This document shows positions 38,054 to 48,170 of a DNA stretch of 64,000 nucleotides, piece after piece; the stretch's first letter is position 1; every line of letters begins with the position of its first letter. The DNA is taken from contig OY970067.1 of the NCBI GenBank assembly GCA_963705305.1, positions 4,160,001 through 4,224,000 on the forward strand, in the 5' to 3' direction. A program made the position numbers and the translations under genes. The stretch comes from an uncultured Methylomirabilota bacterium. Its GTDB lineage: Bacteria > Methylomirabilota > Methylomirabilia > Methylomirabilales > 2-02-FULL-66-22. The notes under the pieces were generated by a model. The model was not told where the DNA came from, searched no databases, and saw nothing but the letters and a program-made list of their open reading frames with translations.

Positions 38054-38824
38054 CTACGAAGGTGTCGCGACCTTCGGCGCGGGGCGGCGGTGGGTCTCGC
38101 GATAGCTCGTCCCTTCCAGGTGGAAGACCTCGGCCCGCTCCGCGAGCCGGTCCAGGATGGCGTGCGCCACGGCGTCGTCGGCGAAGATCTGATTCCACTC
38201 GCCAAACGTGCGATTCGTGGTGACCACCGTTGGCTTCCGCCGGTCATGCCGGACGGAGATCACCTGGAACACGAGGTGGCTCTCCGGCTGGCGCAGGCTG
38301 ACGTACCCGACCTCGTCGATCTCCAGCAACCCGGGGCTCTGGTACGTCTTGAGCGCCCGGTGCAAGGTCTTCGTCGCCTCCGCCGCGCTCAGGTGGTTCA
38401 CCATGGCGGCGAGCGACGTGAACAGGACGCTCTGCCCGCGTTGGCACTGGGCATAGCCCAAGGCCCGGGCGAGATGCGTCTTCCCCAAGCCACTCCCCCC
38501 GACGAACAGCGCCCCGATCCCCTCGACCACGAGGTCGGTGGCCAAGAGGTTCAGGTAGCGACTCCGGAGCTTCCGGGTGGCGACGCTGTACTCGAAGTTG
38601 AACGTGTCTGCCGTCTGCAGCTGGACGAAGCGCGCGGCCCTGATCCGCGCCGCCACCTTCTGCTCGCTCCGCCGCGTGAGCTCCCGATCGACGAGCCCCT
38701 CGAGCACCGCGCGGACTGCCGCGCGTTCGGCGGGATGCCGCTCGCCCCACGCGGCGAGGAACGCGGGGGCACTCATGAGCTGGAGCTGGGTCAGCTTCTC
38801 CTCAAGCGTCGGGGTTGCCATCAT
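38054..38824 (-). CDS. istB: IS21 helper ATPase of the outer, interrupted element
   Basis: GGSGLGKT, IDEVGY and AILDRL. Confidence 0.92.
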   Translation of the reverse strand: MMATPTLEEKLTQLQLMSAPAFLAAWGERHPAERAAVRAVLEGLVDRELTRRSEQKVAARIRAARFVQLQTADTFNFEYSVATRKLRSRYLNLLATDLVVEGIGALFVGGSGLGKTHLARALGYAQCQRGQSVLFTSLAAMVNHLSAAEATKTLHRALKTYQSPGLLEIDEVGYVSLRQPESHLVFQVISVRHDRRKPTVVTTNRTFGEWNQIFADDAVAHAILDRLAERAEVFHLEGTSYRETHRRPAPKVATPS

Positions 38825-39556
38825 GGTCCTCCGGATCGGCGTCGAGGAGCAGGGCATCGTACCGCTGTAGGTTGGGGCGCACCGGCGGCACGCTCAATCG
38901 GGGATCCCCGAGCGTGAGTGGGGGCGGCGCCACGGGCGGCGTGTCCTGGAGCCGGAGCCACTGCTCGACCTGGTGGCTCCCGACGATGGCCTGGGCGAGG
39001 CACGCGGCGAGCGCGGCTTCCACCGCGGCCGGGCCATAGAGGGTCGTGAGGAGCAGCAGGTGGTCCAACTCCGTCCGGAGCGAGCGCGTCCCCGCCCGGA
39101 TGAGTTCCAGGTACTGCCGGGCCGCGGGCCCCAGCGCCTGCACGGCCTCGACCTGCCAGTGGGCCTGCGCACCGGGCTTGGTGGCCAGGAGCCCGTCGGC
39201 GTGGGCCGGGAGCACCACCTCCACCCCGCGCCGCCAGCAGCGGCCATGCCGCGCCACGCGATGGGTGCCATACCAGAGGGTCACCGTGTCCGCATCCGCT
39301 CGCAGCGTGAGCGGCTTCCCCACCAAGCGCCAGGGGACCGAGTACCGGTTCCCGTCGAAGGCCACGCGGAAGCTCGGCGGCACCACCACGCTCCGCACCT
39401 CGTCCGTGTCGTACGGCTCCCCCAGTGGGAGCAAGGCCGGCCGCTCCTCGGCGACGAGGAGCGCGGGGATCTTCCGGGTCACGCGGTGCTCGCGCTGGTT
39501 CGCGATCGTGTCCCGCCACGCCTGGGCCTGCGTGTTCAGATCGGCGAGATCGCGGA
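38802..39556 (-). pseudogene. istA: C-terminal part of an IS21 IstA interrupted by another IS21
   Basis: DLADLN...FDGNRYSVP continues the fragment at 42247-42994. Confidence 0.9.
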
Positions 39557-39665
39557 GTGAGTTTGATACTCTCAATTGGCCCCTTTGTGATGCTCTGATT
39601 TGGCCCCACCTCTCGACCATCGCCGTCTACTCTGGGCGGGGGCATAGCCCTAGAACGGAGGGACG

Positions 39666-41207
39666 GTGGAGAGGAGAGGCAAAGTGGAACTGTTCGAGCA
39701 GCTGCGCCGAGAGTACGAGTTCGGGATCGGGACCATCCGGGGTGTTGCCCGCAAGTTCGGCGTCCATCGCCGGTTAGTCCGGGAAGCCGCCGCCCAGGCG
39801 CTGCCGCCGGAGCGCAAGCGCGCGCAGCGCGCCCGGCCGAGGCTGGCCCCGGTGATCCCGGTCATTGATGCGATCCTGGCCGCCGACCGCACCGCGCCCC
39901 GCAAGCAGCGGCATACGGCCCGGCGGATCTTCCACCGGCTGCGCCAGGAACTGCCGGGCTTCCCCGTGGCGGAGTCGACCGTGCGGGAGTACGTGCGGGA
40001 GCAGAAGCGCGCGCTCGGGCTCAGCGGCAAGGTGACCTGCATCCCCCAGAGCTATGCCTGGGGCAGCGAGAGCCAGGTCGACTGGTACGAGGCGGTGGCC
40101 GAGCTCGGCGGCGTGCGGCAGCCCCTGCAGGTCTTCGGCCTCCGCAGCATGGCGAGCGGCGCTGCCTTCCACCGCGCCTACACCCACGCCACCCAGCAGG
40201 CGTTCCTGGAGGCGCATGAACTGGCCTTCCACTACTTTGGCGGGGTCTTCCATCGCCTGCGGTACGACAACTTGCCGCTCGCGATCAAGCGGATCCTGCG
40301 CGGCCGGGAGCGCGAGCAGACCACCCGGTTTATCGCCTTCCGCTCCCACTGGCGCTTCGCCGCCGAGTTCTGCACCCCCGGGGCGGGCCACGAGAAGGGC
40401 GGGATCGAAGGCGAAGCCGGCTACTTCCGCCGCAACCACGGGGTGCCGATCCCGGTGGCCGCCGGCCTCGCCGCGTTGAACGCGCAGCTCCTGGAGGGCT
40501 GCCAGGCCGACCAGCAGCGGGTGCTCGCCGGCCGGGCCGACCCGGTCGGGGTCCTCGTGCAGCGCGAGCAGCCGCACCTCCTGCCCCTGGCCGCCGAGGA
40601 TTTTGATCTCGCCGAGGTGAGCTTCCCCACGGTGGACGGCCTCGGCTGCGTCCGGGTGCGGACGAACGGCTACTCGGTCCCCCTGCGGCCCGGCACCCAA
40701 GTCGACGCCCGCGTCTACCCGACCCGGGTGGAGATCTGGCACGCCGGGCAGCGCGTCGCCACCCACGCGCGCTGCTACGGCCGCCAGCAACAGGTCCTCG
40801 ACCTCGAGCACTACCTGGACGTGCTCGTGCACAAGCCGGGCGCCTTGGCCGGGGCGACCCCGCTCGCCCAGTGGCGGGCGCAGGGCCGGTGGCCCGCCTG
40901 CTACGACGAACTCTGGGCCCGCTTGCAGGCGCGCCAGGGGCACCAGGCCGGCACCCGGGCGATGATCGGCCTCCTCCAGCTCGGGCGGGTGCACGGCTAC
41001 GCGCGCCTGGCCCCCTGCGTGGCGCAGGCCCTGGCCTGCGGGGCCGCCGATCCCGCGGCGGTGCGGTACCTGCTCACCGCGGCGACGCTGGAGCGCCAAT
41101 CGCCGATGGCGCTGGAGGTCGGCGGCCCCCTCGCCGCTTATGACCGGCCGCAGCCGAGCGTCGCGCGGTACGATCAACTGCTGGGCGCCCGGGAGGGCCG
41201 GCCATGA
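39666..41207 (+). CDS. istA: IS21 transposase
   Basis: [16 protein letters not shown] and EKGGIE. Confidence 0.95.
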   Translation: MERRGKVELFEQLRREYEFGIGTIRGVARKFGVHRRLVREAAAQALPPERKRAQRARPRLAPVIPVIDAILAADRTAPRKQRHTARRIFHRLRQELPGFPVAESTVREYVREQKRALGLSGKVTCIPQSYAWGSESQVDWYEAVAELGGVRQPLQVFGLRSMASGAAFHRAYTHATQQAFLEAHELAFHYFGGVFHRLRYDNLPLAIKRILRGREREQTTRFIAFRSHWRFAAEFCTPGAGHEKGGIEGEAGYFRRNHGVPIPVAAGLAALNAQLLEGCQADQQRVLAGRADPVGVLVQREQPHLLPLAAEDFDLAEVSFPTVDGLGCVRVRTNGYSVPLRPGTQVDARVYPTRVEIWHAGQRVATHARCYGRQQQVLDLEHYLDVLVHKPGALAGATPLAQWRAQGRWPACYDELWARLQARQGHQAGTRAMIGLLQLGRVHGYARLAPCVAQALACGAADPAAVRYLLTAATLERQSPMALEVGGPLAAYDRPQPSVARYDQLLGAREGRP

Positions 41208-42073
41208 GCGCCCCCACGGAGCTCCGGCTCGCCGTCATCCGCCAGCACTGCAAGCAGCTCCACCTGCCCGCGGTGGGGGCCCAGTGCGCCGGCCTCGCCA
41301 CCGAGGCCGCCCTGGCCCAGCAGGATCACCTGACCTACCTCGAGGCCCTGCTCGGGGCCGAGGTCGAGGAGCGGACGCGCCGGCTCATCGACCGCCGGAT
41401 CCAGGAGGCGCACTTCCCCGTCCTGAAGACCTTGGAGGAGTTCTCCTTCGCAGAGGCGCCCACCATCCCGGCCGCCACGGTCCGGACCTTGGCCGAGGGC
41501 GCGTACCTCGCGCAGGCGGAGCCGGTCCTCTTCCTGGGCGAGCCCGGCACCGGCAAGACGCATCTCGCCATCGGCCTCGCGGTGGCGGCCTGCCGGCAGC
41601 GGCGCCGGGTGCGCTTCACGACCGCGGCGGCGCTCGTCAACGACCTGGTCGAAGCGCAGCACCAGCACCAGCTCAGCCGCGTCATCAACCGCTGGGCCCG
41701 CGTCGAGCTGATCGTCATCGACGAGTTGGCCTACGTGGCCGTGGCGGACCTCGGGGCCGAACTCCTGTTCCAGCTCATCGCCGAGCGGGCGGAGAAGGCC
41801 GCGCTGATCGCCACGACCAACCTGCCCTTCTCGGAGTGGACCACGGTGTTCCCCAACGCCCGGCTCTGCAAGGCCCTGCTCGACCGGCTCACTGACCGAG
41901 CGCACATCATCGACACGGGGACGGAGTCCTACCGCTTCCGCCGCAGCCTGGAGCAGCGGCAGCCGAAGACCCGATCGAGGCCCCGCCCCCGGGAGAGTCC
42001 TCCTCCCTCCGCCTCCGGAGCCGGCAAGGAGGTCCCCATCTCTCCTCAACATGATGCCCGGGAGGCCCGATGA
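41204..42073 (+). CDS. istB: IS21 helper ATPase
   Basis: [15 protein letters not shown] and LLDRLT. Confidence 0.95.
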   Translation: MSAPTELRLAVIRQHCKQLHLPAVGAQCAGLATEAALAQQDHLTYLEALLGAEVEERTRRLIDRRIQEAHFPVLKTLEEFSFAEAPTIPAATVRTLAEGAYLAQAEPVLFLGEPGTGKTHLAIGLAVAACRQRRRVRFTTAAALVNDLVEAQHQHQLSRVINRWARVELIVIDELAYVAVADLGAELLFQLIAERAEKAALIATTNLPFSEWTTVFPNARLCKALLDRLTDRAHIIDTGTESYRFRRSLEQRQPKTRSRPRPRESPPPSASGAGKEVPISPQHDAREAR

Positions 42074-42246
42074 GTGCGCCGAGGCTGCTCTCTCAACGTG
42101 TAGGGAACCGGAGGGAATGCTGCTGATGCTCCTGATAGAGGATGGGACACGGATACTAACGTCGTCTCACAAGTACTAATCCCCTGAAAGGAGGTGGGAC
42201 CAAATCAGAGCATCACAAAGGGGCCAAATCAGGTTGACACAATCAA

Positions 42247-42994
42247 GGAAGGTCCGCCCCGGCCAGAAGTTCGTCCGGAGGTACTTGATGGCGTCCTCGA
42301 CCCGCCCCTTCTCGTTCCCTTTGCCCACGTTGCAGGCCACCGGCCGGAAGCGGTGGTGGCCGGCGTACGCCAGGAAGCGCGGGTGGAAGCGGACGAGCTT
42401 CCCGTGCCGCTCGGCCACCGCCGTCGCCAGGTTGTCGTACCAGCACTCCTTTGGGCAGCCGCCCACGAAGGCGAAGGCAGCCTCGTGGCACCGCAGGAAC
42501 GCCTCGAGGGTCTGGCTGAAGGTGAAGGTGACGGTCAAGAGCCGGGAGTAGCACAGGACGAGCACGAAGGCATGGACGGCCCGGCCGATCCCGAAGACGT
42601 CGCCGAACTCGCCCCAGTCCACCTGGGCGGCCTCCCCGCGGCCGAAGCTGAGCGTGGCCATGGCAGCTGGCGCGGCACTCGGCCGCAGCCGGCGCACGGC
42701 GCCCCGCAGCGCGCTGCTGCCGCCCCGGTAGCCCTCCTGCCGGAGCACCTGGAAGATCGTCACCGCCGAGCGCGCCGGGTCCTCGGTGAGCAGCGCCTGG
42801 ATGCGGGCCCGGAACGGCGTGACCACCGTGGTCCGCGGCGCCGGCGGCGCGGGCACCAAGGCCACGCTCCGGCGCAGCGCCACCTTCCGGGCGCTCTCCC
42901 GGTGGATGCCGAGGTGGCGAGCGATCTGGCTGTAGCCCCAGCGCTCGGCATAGCGGAGCCGGAGGATCTCGGCTTGAATCGCGGCGGCCAGCAT
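42247..42994 (-). pseudogene. istA: N-terminal part of the interrupted IS21 IstA
   Basis: HTH, AQVDWG, WYDN and EKGRVE; the frame runs into the inserted IS IR after WPGRTF. Confidence 0.9.
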
Positions 42995-43047
42995 GGGGCA
43001 CCTCCTTCCGGATGCCCCGGGTGTACCACCGAACTCCCGATCCGCCT

Positions 43048-43272
43048 ATCGCGTCTCGTATCACCTTCCCGCGGCGCACTAACGGGGGCGAAGGGCCCGT
43101 GGGATCAGGGCTTGACGCCAGATCGCGTCTCGCGCCCTCATGCAGTTAGGAGGGTGTAACCCCGCGGGAACCCAGCCCGAACCGACCAGATCGCGTCTCG
43201 CGCCGTCCGGGGTGCATTCTAGGGGGCCCGAACCCCGCATGGGGGTTGCCCTTGCGCCATAATCGCGTCTCG
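43048..43272. repeat. Four copies of ATCGCGTCTCG at a ~70-bp period
   Basis: Exact 11-mer starting at 43048, 43122, 43190 and 43262. Confidence 0.9.
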
Positions 43273-43545
43273 CATCGCAGGGAGCACGCCGCGCAGGAAG
43301 CTCGCCACCTGGCGCGGGGAGACCGGCGTGGGCGCGGCCCGCGCCCGGGCCGGGTGCACGTAGTCCCGGTAGTGCGTGCGGGTCACGGCACGGTTCCGGC
43401 GGCGCCAAGCCCGACAGCTGGCGGCATGCCGCTGCTGCTGACAGGCGGGCGCCCCGCAGGTCCATTGCCGCGGCCCCAGGCGGGGATGCGGACGGAAGAG
43501 AGTCTGACAGAAGGGGCACCGTCGGCGCCGCGGAGCTCGGGGCAT
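43219..43545 (-). CDS. Zinc-finger accessory protein upstream of istA
   Basis: CPFC...WTCGAPAC motif followed by a basic helix; RBS ggagg. Confidence 0.7.
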   Translation of the reverse strand: MPRAPRRRRCPFCQTLFRPHPRLGPRQWTCGAPACQQQRHAASCRAWRRRNRAVTRTHYRDYVHPARARAAPTPVSPRQVASFLRGVLPAMRDAIMAQGQPPCGVRAP

Positions 43546-43835
43546 CGATTCACCTCCCAGATGGAAGGCGACACCGTACCCGATGGGCCGGGCTTCCGCT
43601 CAGGATGGATACCGGGAGGTAAGTTGGACCGAACCTAGGCGGGCCTCTCGAGAAAGGGAACCACCGGATGAACGATCACTGACGGTGACGACTGCCGTCG
43701 TGGTGAAAGGTGACGACGTCTATGGTGTTGCGGCCACCCAGCGATGGGGGGGAAGGCGTGAGCCCTCCGGGTGGGGCTGACCGGGGGGCCTATTTGCCTT
43801 GACAACTATACAGGAAAGGCTTACGGGTAGAACCG

Positions 43836-44078
43836 ATGAGCAACGCAAAACACCAAGCCGCCTGGCGCGCCCGCCAGCGAGCCCATGGGAGCCGGCCCGT
43901 GACCCTGTGGCTCCCTTCGACGATACTCGCCCGTCTGCCACAGGTTTGCCAGTATACCAAGGCTCCGCACGCCTACACGCTGCGATGCGCGATTGACTTT
44001 GCCTTGCTCTCCAGCCGGAGGGCTCGCGACGATTACTGGCAGATGGCACGGCAGGCGTGGGAGAACCGGCAGCGGTAA
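43836..44078 (+). CDS. Small putative DNA-binding (RHH-like) protein
   Basis: Basic helix followed by VTLWLP strand-helix; TTGACA at 43799 upstream. Confidence 0.5.
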   Translation: MSNAKHQAAWRARQRAHGSRPVTLWLPSTILARLPQVCQYTKAPHAYTLRCAIDFALLSSRRARDDYWQMARQAWENRQR

Positions 44079-44876
44079 AGCTGATAGGGTGCGATGGCAT
44101 CCCCCCTGCGCGCCCGAGCGATTCCCGGGAAGGCTGACAGCGACTCCGGCGATGGCGGCGGAGGTGGGAGGCGAGCGCTGGCTCCGTGATTGGGGGTGTA
44201 TTTCTAGTCCCCGGTGTTACTGTGCGGAGGGGGCGATTGTGGCGGGGCCGGCGGACGGGTGCTCGGCCTTGCGGTCCGCCTCCTACTCTAGCAGGGCGTA
44301 CCCCGTGAAGAGCTGCCTGACCGCCCACCGCTGCCGGATGATCTGATCCTCCCTCCGGAGTGTCTGGGCGTCCTGCCGGATGTATTGCCGACCCTGCCCA
44401 TCCTGCCGGAGGCCCGGGTGATCCTGCCGGATGTCCTGTACTGCCATCAGCCCTCGCATGGGGTGCCTCCCTTCATGGCTAACTTGCTCTACTTCCTTGG
44501 ACAGAGGAGACGGGTGAAGGGTTGAACCGCTAGGGAGCGGAAAGAAAGTCGAAGCAGGACTCTTCTGGTCTGTTATCGGGAGCCTCGGGCTCCCAGGCGA
44601 GGACGTTGCAACGAAGGTCATAGCATTTACCGAGCAACGAGCGGATGCGGAGCGCATCGCCGCAGCTCTCAATAAAATGGACCGGTCAAATCAGAGCACC
44701 GCTCGCGCTTGAGCCCATTTGAGCCAGTGCCGGCTTTCTGCTAGAATCGCCCCAGACACGGCGGGGGGTAAATAAATACGCAACCGGGAGGCCCTCGCCT
44801 TCCGGCCTCCGAGGCCCTGGGTGTGGCTCCCCGCCGTGCGCCCGGGGCTTCGCTGTTTGAAGTGGAGAAAGCGGGC

Positions 44877-45929
44877 ATGATAAGCAGAACGGTGACAGCT
44901 CTCCTCTCGGTTGGACTAGCGGGGCTGGTCGGGTGTGCCTCGGGGCCGCGGCTCGTGTGGAACAAACCTGGGGCGAGCCAGCCGGAATTTGCGCAGGACC
45001 GGTACACCTGCGAGCAGGCGAACACGGAGTCGTACAGCTACTACAGCTCCTATCTCGAATACGGCGAATCTGGCACGCGCATTAACGCGCAACGCTTCCG
45101 GAACTGCACGGAAGCGCACGGGTGGCAGCTCGTGTCGCAGCCCCCGGGCGGTTCGGGGCAGGCCGACCTCCCAACTGCCAGGATTCAAGCCGATACCAAG
45201 GCTGGCGCCCAGAAAGCTCTTTCAGAGATGGATCAACTGGCCCCCAAACCCTTCTCCTGCGATGTTGGATGGGCATCGGCACCACCCATCCAGTCTATCG
45301 CGTCTCGTTCGGCCGGCTATGTGGTCGAAGTCGCCGATTGGGCGGAAACGGCAGGATTGCGCCTCGGGGACAAGATCACCGAAATCGGCGGCACTCCAGT
45401 TATGAGTTCTCAGGAGCTAACTGAGGCCCTCGCGCGGCTCCCGGCAGGCGGGCCGCTCGTGCTCGGCGTGACCCGGCAGGGCCAGCCAGTGGCGCTTTCG
45501 CTTCCGTGCCGGTATCAGCCCGAAAGATTCGCCGCGGCGCGGCGAGCACTCGAAGCGGTGAGCCTCGGCGATTGGGACGGGTGCGTCGCTGCTGTACAGG
45601 AGTTTCGGCGGCTTTCAGGCTACGGCTATTCAGGCACCACAGCATGGGAGCATGACTGCACAAGATCCATGAATCCAATGGCGGGGTCACCTGAGTGGAG
45701 GAACCTCATCAACCTCCATTATGAATGGGCGGGGCTGCTCTTACGCGAGAGCCGCTATGTGCCGGGGGGGACGGAGGCTGTCCGAGGGATAGTCCTTCGA
45801 TTTGCGGACGATCTCAGAAAAGCGAACTTCCCCGCCTACGCTAACGATTTAGAAGCGCAACTTAATGAGGCATTGGCGGCCCCGCCCGTGGAACCGCCAG
45901 CGAGCGTGCCGCCCCCGGTCCCAAAGTGA
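44877..45929 (+). CDS. Lipoprotein with PDZ domain
   Basis: Lipobox LVGC; AETAGLRLGDKITEIGG is a PDZ signature. Confidence 0.75.
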   Translation: MISRTVTALLSVGLAGLVGCASGPRLVWNKPGASQPEFAQDRYTCEQANTESYSYYSSYLEYGESGTRINAQRFRNCTEAHGWQLVSQPPGGSGQADLPTARIQADTKAGAQKALSEMDQLAPKPFSCDVGWASAPPIQSIASRSAGYVVEVADWAETAGLRLGDKITEIGGTPVMSSQELTEALARLPAGGPLVLGVTRQGQPVALSLPCRYQPERFAAARRALEAVSLGDWDGCVAAVQEFRRLSGYGYSGTTAWEHDCTRSMNPMAGSPEWRNLINLHYEWAGLLLRESRYVPGGTEAVRGIVLRFADDLRKANFPAYANDLEAQLNEALAAPPVEPPASVPPPVPK

Positions 45930-46057
45930 GACGCTGGCGATTGGTAGAAGGCGCGGCGTAGGATTTGCTGAAATCCCCACGGCTAGGCCGGCCAGCCGAA
46001 AGCCGCCTCCCGAGCGGTTGCCGTGGGCTCCCCTTCGGGGCTCCTGCGGGAGGAGCC

Positions 46058-46897
46058 ATGCCAAAGACTATTGCAGACACCCTGGAAATGAATGACCCTC
46101 CCGTCGAATTCTGGCGGGCACTGGCTCTCGGACTACTCCGGCGTGTGGAAGCGAGAGAGCCAGGTTTCACGTCGGCGGCTGGTGTCTCGATCCTGTTAGC
46201 CGCCGAGACAGCGGAAATGCTCTTGCTTCGCAAAGACCACCTGGACGAGATACCCGATATAGTTAAGCCTCCCAAGGTTGATACGCCGGACGAGGGACCC
46301 GCAAGATATCAGAACCTCATTAGACGCTTGGGCGACCAGCTTGAGCTTGAACTGTCGAGCCTGAAGGTGGACAGAAGAAGGCTAAAGCCGGACCTCTGCC
46401 CTATTCCTAAGCATATGCTGGGGGTTCAATACCTGTGGGTTCGCTTTTGGGTTCAATCTCTGAGAGAAATCATAAAGCAGCGCGGGATTGGAGAGGCCGC
46501 ACGTGCCATCTGGCGTATCTACGGCCTGGAGCATACGGGAACCTCACTAAAAGAATGTCTTGGGCGCGCGCAGAGGGATCGCAAGTTCTTTTGGCGGTTT
46601 GCATTGTTGTATGGGGTTATCTTGAAGAATGATCTTGCCTTTCCCGACGACGAAACGATGGAGGCCATGATTCAGGCGTGCGAGTCGGAGAAGACCACCT
46701 CCGCAGAGGCAGCCCTAGAGATCCTTGAAATGATCTGCACGATCAAGGACCCGAAGACGGGTAAGGAACGATACAAACTATCCGCTGCGAAAATAAAGCA
46801 GGAAATAGCGAAGCGGGACGGCGTGGGGCGAACGGCCCGAGAAGTGAGGATCCGTTCTGCACAAAGAAAACTTTTCCCTGAGCTTCAAGCCAAGTAA
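46058..46897 (+). CDS. Hypothetical protein
   Basis: 279-aa lower-GC ORF with RBS ggaggag. Confidence 0.7.
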   Translation: MPKTIADTLEMNDPPVEFWRALALGLLRRVEAREPGFTSAAGVSILLAAETAEMLLLRKDHLDEIPDIVKPPKVDTPDEGPARYQNLIRRLGDQLELELSSLKVDRRRLKPDLCPIPKHMLGVQYLWVRFWVQSLREIIKQRGIGEAARAIWRIYGLEHTGTSLKECLGRAQRDRKFFWRFALLYGVILKNDLAFPDDETMEAMIQACESEKTTSAEAALEILEMICTIKDPKTGKERYKLSAAKIKQEIAKRDGVGRTAREVRIRSAQRKLFPELQAK

Positions 46898-47100
46898 TTC
46901 TCTATCGTTTTGCGACCGCCACCCAGCCCGGAAGGGCCCCTGCTCTTGTTCGGTCGTGTTGAGGCGCACCTGGCCTAACACACCCCGGGTTGGTGAAGCA
47001 GATGCGAGGGTCCACCACGGCGAGACAGGAGACCCGGACCAAAATCTGGACTGACGAACCAAGGTGAGGCCCCGATAGCAGGTAACCCCTCGAGTTTGTA

Positions 47101-47176
47101 GGTGGCCCTGGAGGGACTCGAACCCCCGACGCAGGGCTTAGGACGCCCTCGTTCTATCCATCTGAACTACAGGGCC
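47101..47176 (-). tRNA. tRNA-Arg(CCT)
   Basis: Full cloverleaf GGCCCTGTAGTTCAGATGGATAGAACG-AGGGC-GTCCTAA-GCCCT...GGTTCGAGTCC; the encoded 3' end is CC then T. Confidence 0.95.
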
Positions 47177-47213
47177 ACTCGCCAAACCCGCGCCCGCCCG
47201 CCCCGCCCCGGTC

Positions 47214-47735
47214 TCAATACTGGATCAGGGAGAAGATGGAGTGCGGCTGCAAGCGCGCGCGGCCGTTCAAGGCGGTCAACTCGATCAGGAAGGCCAGCTC
47301 CACGATTTGGCCGCCGAGTTGCTGCACGAGGTTCACCGTGGCGGAGATGGTGCCGCCCGTGGCCAGCAGATCATCCGACACGAGGACGCGCTGGCCGGGC
47401 TTGATCGCATCCTGGTGGATTTCCAGCGAGTCGGTGCCGTACTCCAGGTCGTACGTGGTCCGGTGGGTCTTGTACGGCAGCTTCCCTGCCTTTCGAACGA
47501 GCACGTTTCCCGCACCCAGCTTGTAGGCCAGCGCCGCCCCCATGATGAAGCCGCGGGCCTCCACCCCCACCACCACGTCGATCCGCTGCTTCAGGTATCG
47601 CTCTCCGATGGCGTCGATGGCCTGGCGGAACGTTGACCCGTCGGACAGGAGCGGGGTGATGTCGCGAAATAAAATGCCCGCTCTCGGGAAGTCCGGGATG
47701 TCCCGGATCCGCCGTCTCAGCTCCTCGATCCCCAC
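47214..47735 (-). CDS. apt: Adenine phosphoribosyltransferase
   Basis: IPDFP..GILFRDITPLL, EARGF and DDLLATGGT. Confidence 0.97.
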   Translation of the reverse strand: MGIEELRRRIRDIPDFPRAGILFRDITPLLSDGSTFRQAIDAIGERYLKQRIDVVVGVEARGFIMGAALAYKLGAGNVLVRKAGKLPYKTHRTTYDLEYGTDSLEIHQDAIKPGQRVLVSDDLLATGGTISATVNLVQQLGGQIVELAFLIELTALNGRARLQPHSIFSLIQY

Positions 47736-47749
47736 GCCGCGGCCTCCCT

Positions 47750-48064
47750 TCACATGGTGCGCTCGATGCGGAATGTGTCGTATTCTCCGGTCGGGGCGGC
47801 CCACCGGAATTGAACATCTCGAACGTATCCGGCCCCGGGGCCCCGCCGCACATCCGCCAGGAACTGCTCGAGAAGGTTCCGAGGGCCCTCCGCATAGGCG
47901 CGCACAGACCCGTCGCGCACGTTCATCACATAACCGACGACCCCCAGACGCCGGGCGAGCTCGTGGGTGAAATACCGGAACCCGACCCCTTGAACCCGCC
48001 CGGACAATCGCACCTCCAGAGCCGCCAGCTCCGGCTCGCCGGCAAGGTTCGAATCATCTGGCAT
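47750..48064 (-). CDS. acyP: Acylphosphatase
   Basis: GRVQGVGFR and GYVMN..DGSV. Confidence 0.95.
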   Translation of the reverse strand: MPDDSNLAGEPELAALEVRLSGRVQGVGFRYFTHELARRLGVVGYVMNVRDGSVRAYAEGPRNLLEQFLADVRRGPGAGYVRDVQFRWAAPTGEYDTFRIERTM

Positions 48065-48170
48065 GCCGACGCTTCCTCCGGACGCCTCTCGACGCACCGC
48101 ACCCCTTTCTCGATCGAATCCGCGGACTATTACCCTATTTCTCCCGCCTTGTCAATGTCTCGCGGCCTAG

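Larger units (their letters stand above)
39558..42245 (+). mobile_element. IS21-family element inserted inside another istA
   Basis: About 53-bp imperfect IRs containing ttggcccctttgtgatgctctgatttgg at both ends; TG...CA termini. Confidence 0.92.
34816..47144. mobile_element. Genomic island inserted in tRNA-Arg(CCT)
   Basis: Bounded by 44-bp tRNA direct repeats, with arm-like repeats AGTGGCACC at 35004 and 35016. No integrase seen. Confidence 0.85.

Noticed and set aside
43048..43272. CRISPR array
   Set aside because: The conserved unit is only 11-19 bp, is not palindromic, has ~60-bp spacers, and no cas genes are present. Kept as a motif array.
35184..43803. Terminal IRs of the outer IS21 (gtcaagg.. 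/ ..ccttgac)
   Set aside because: The match is too short, no TSD was found, and the TTGACA may be a -35 box. Ends left undefined.
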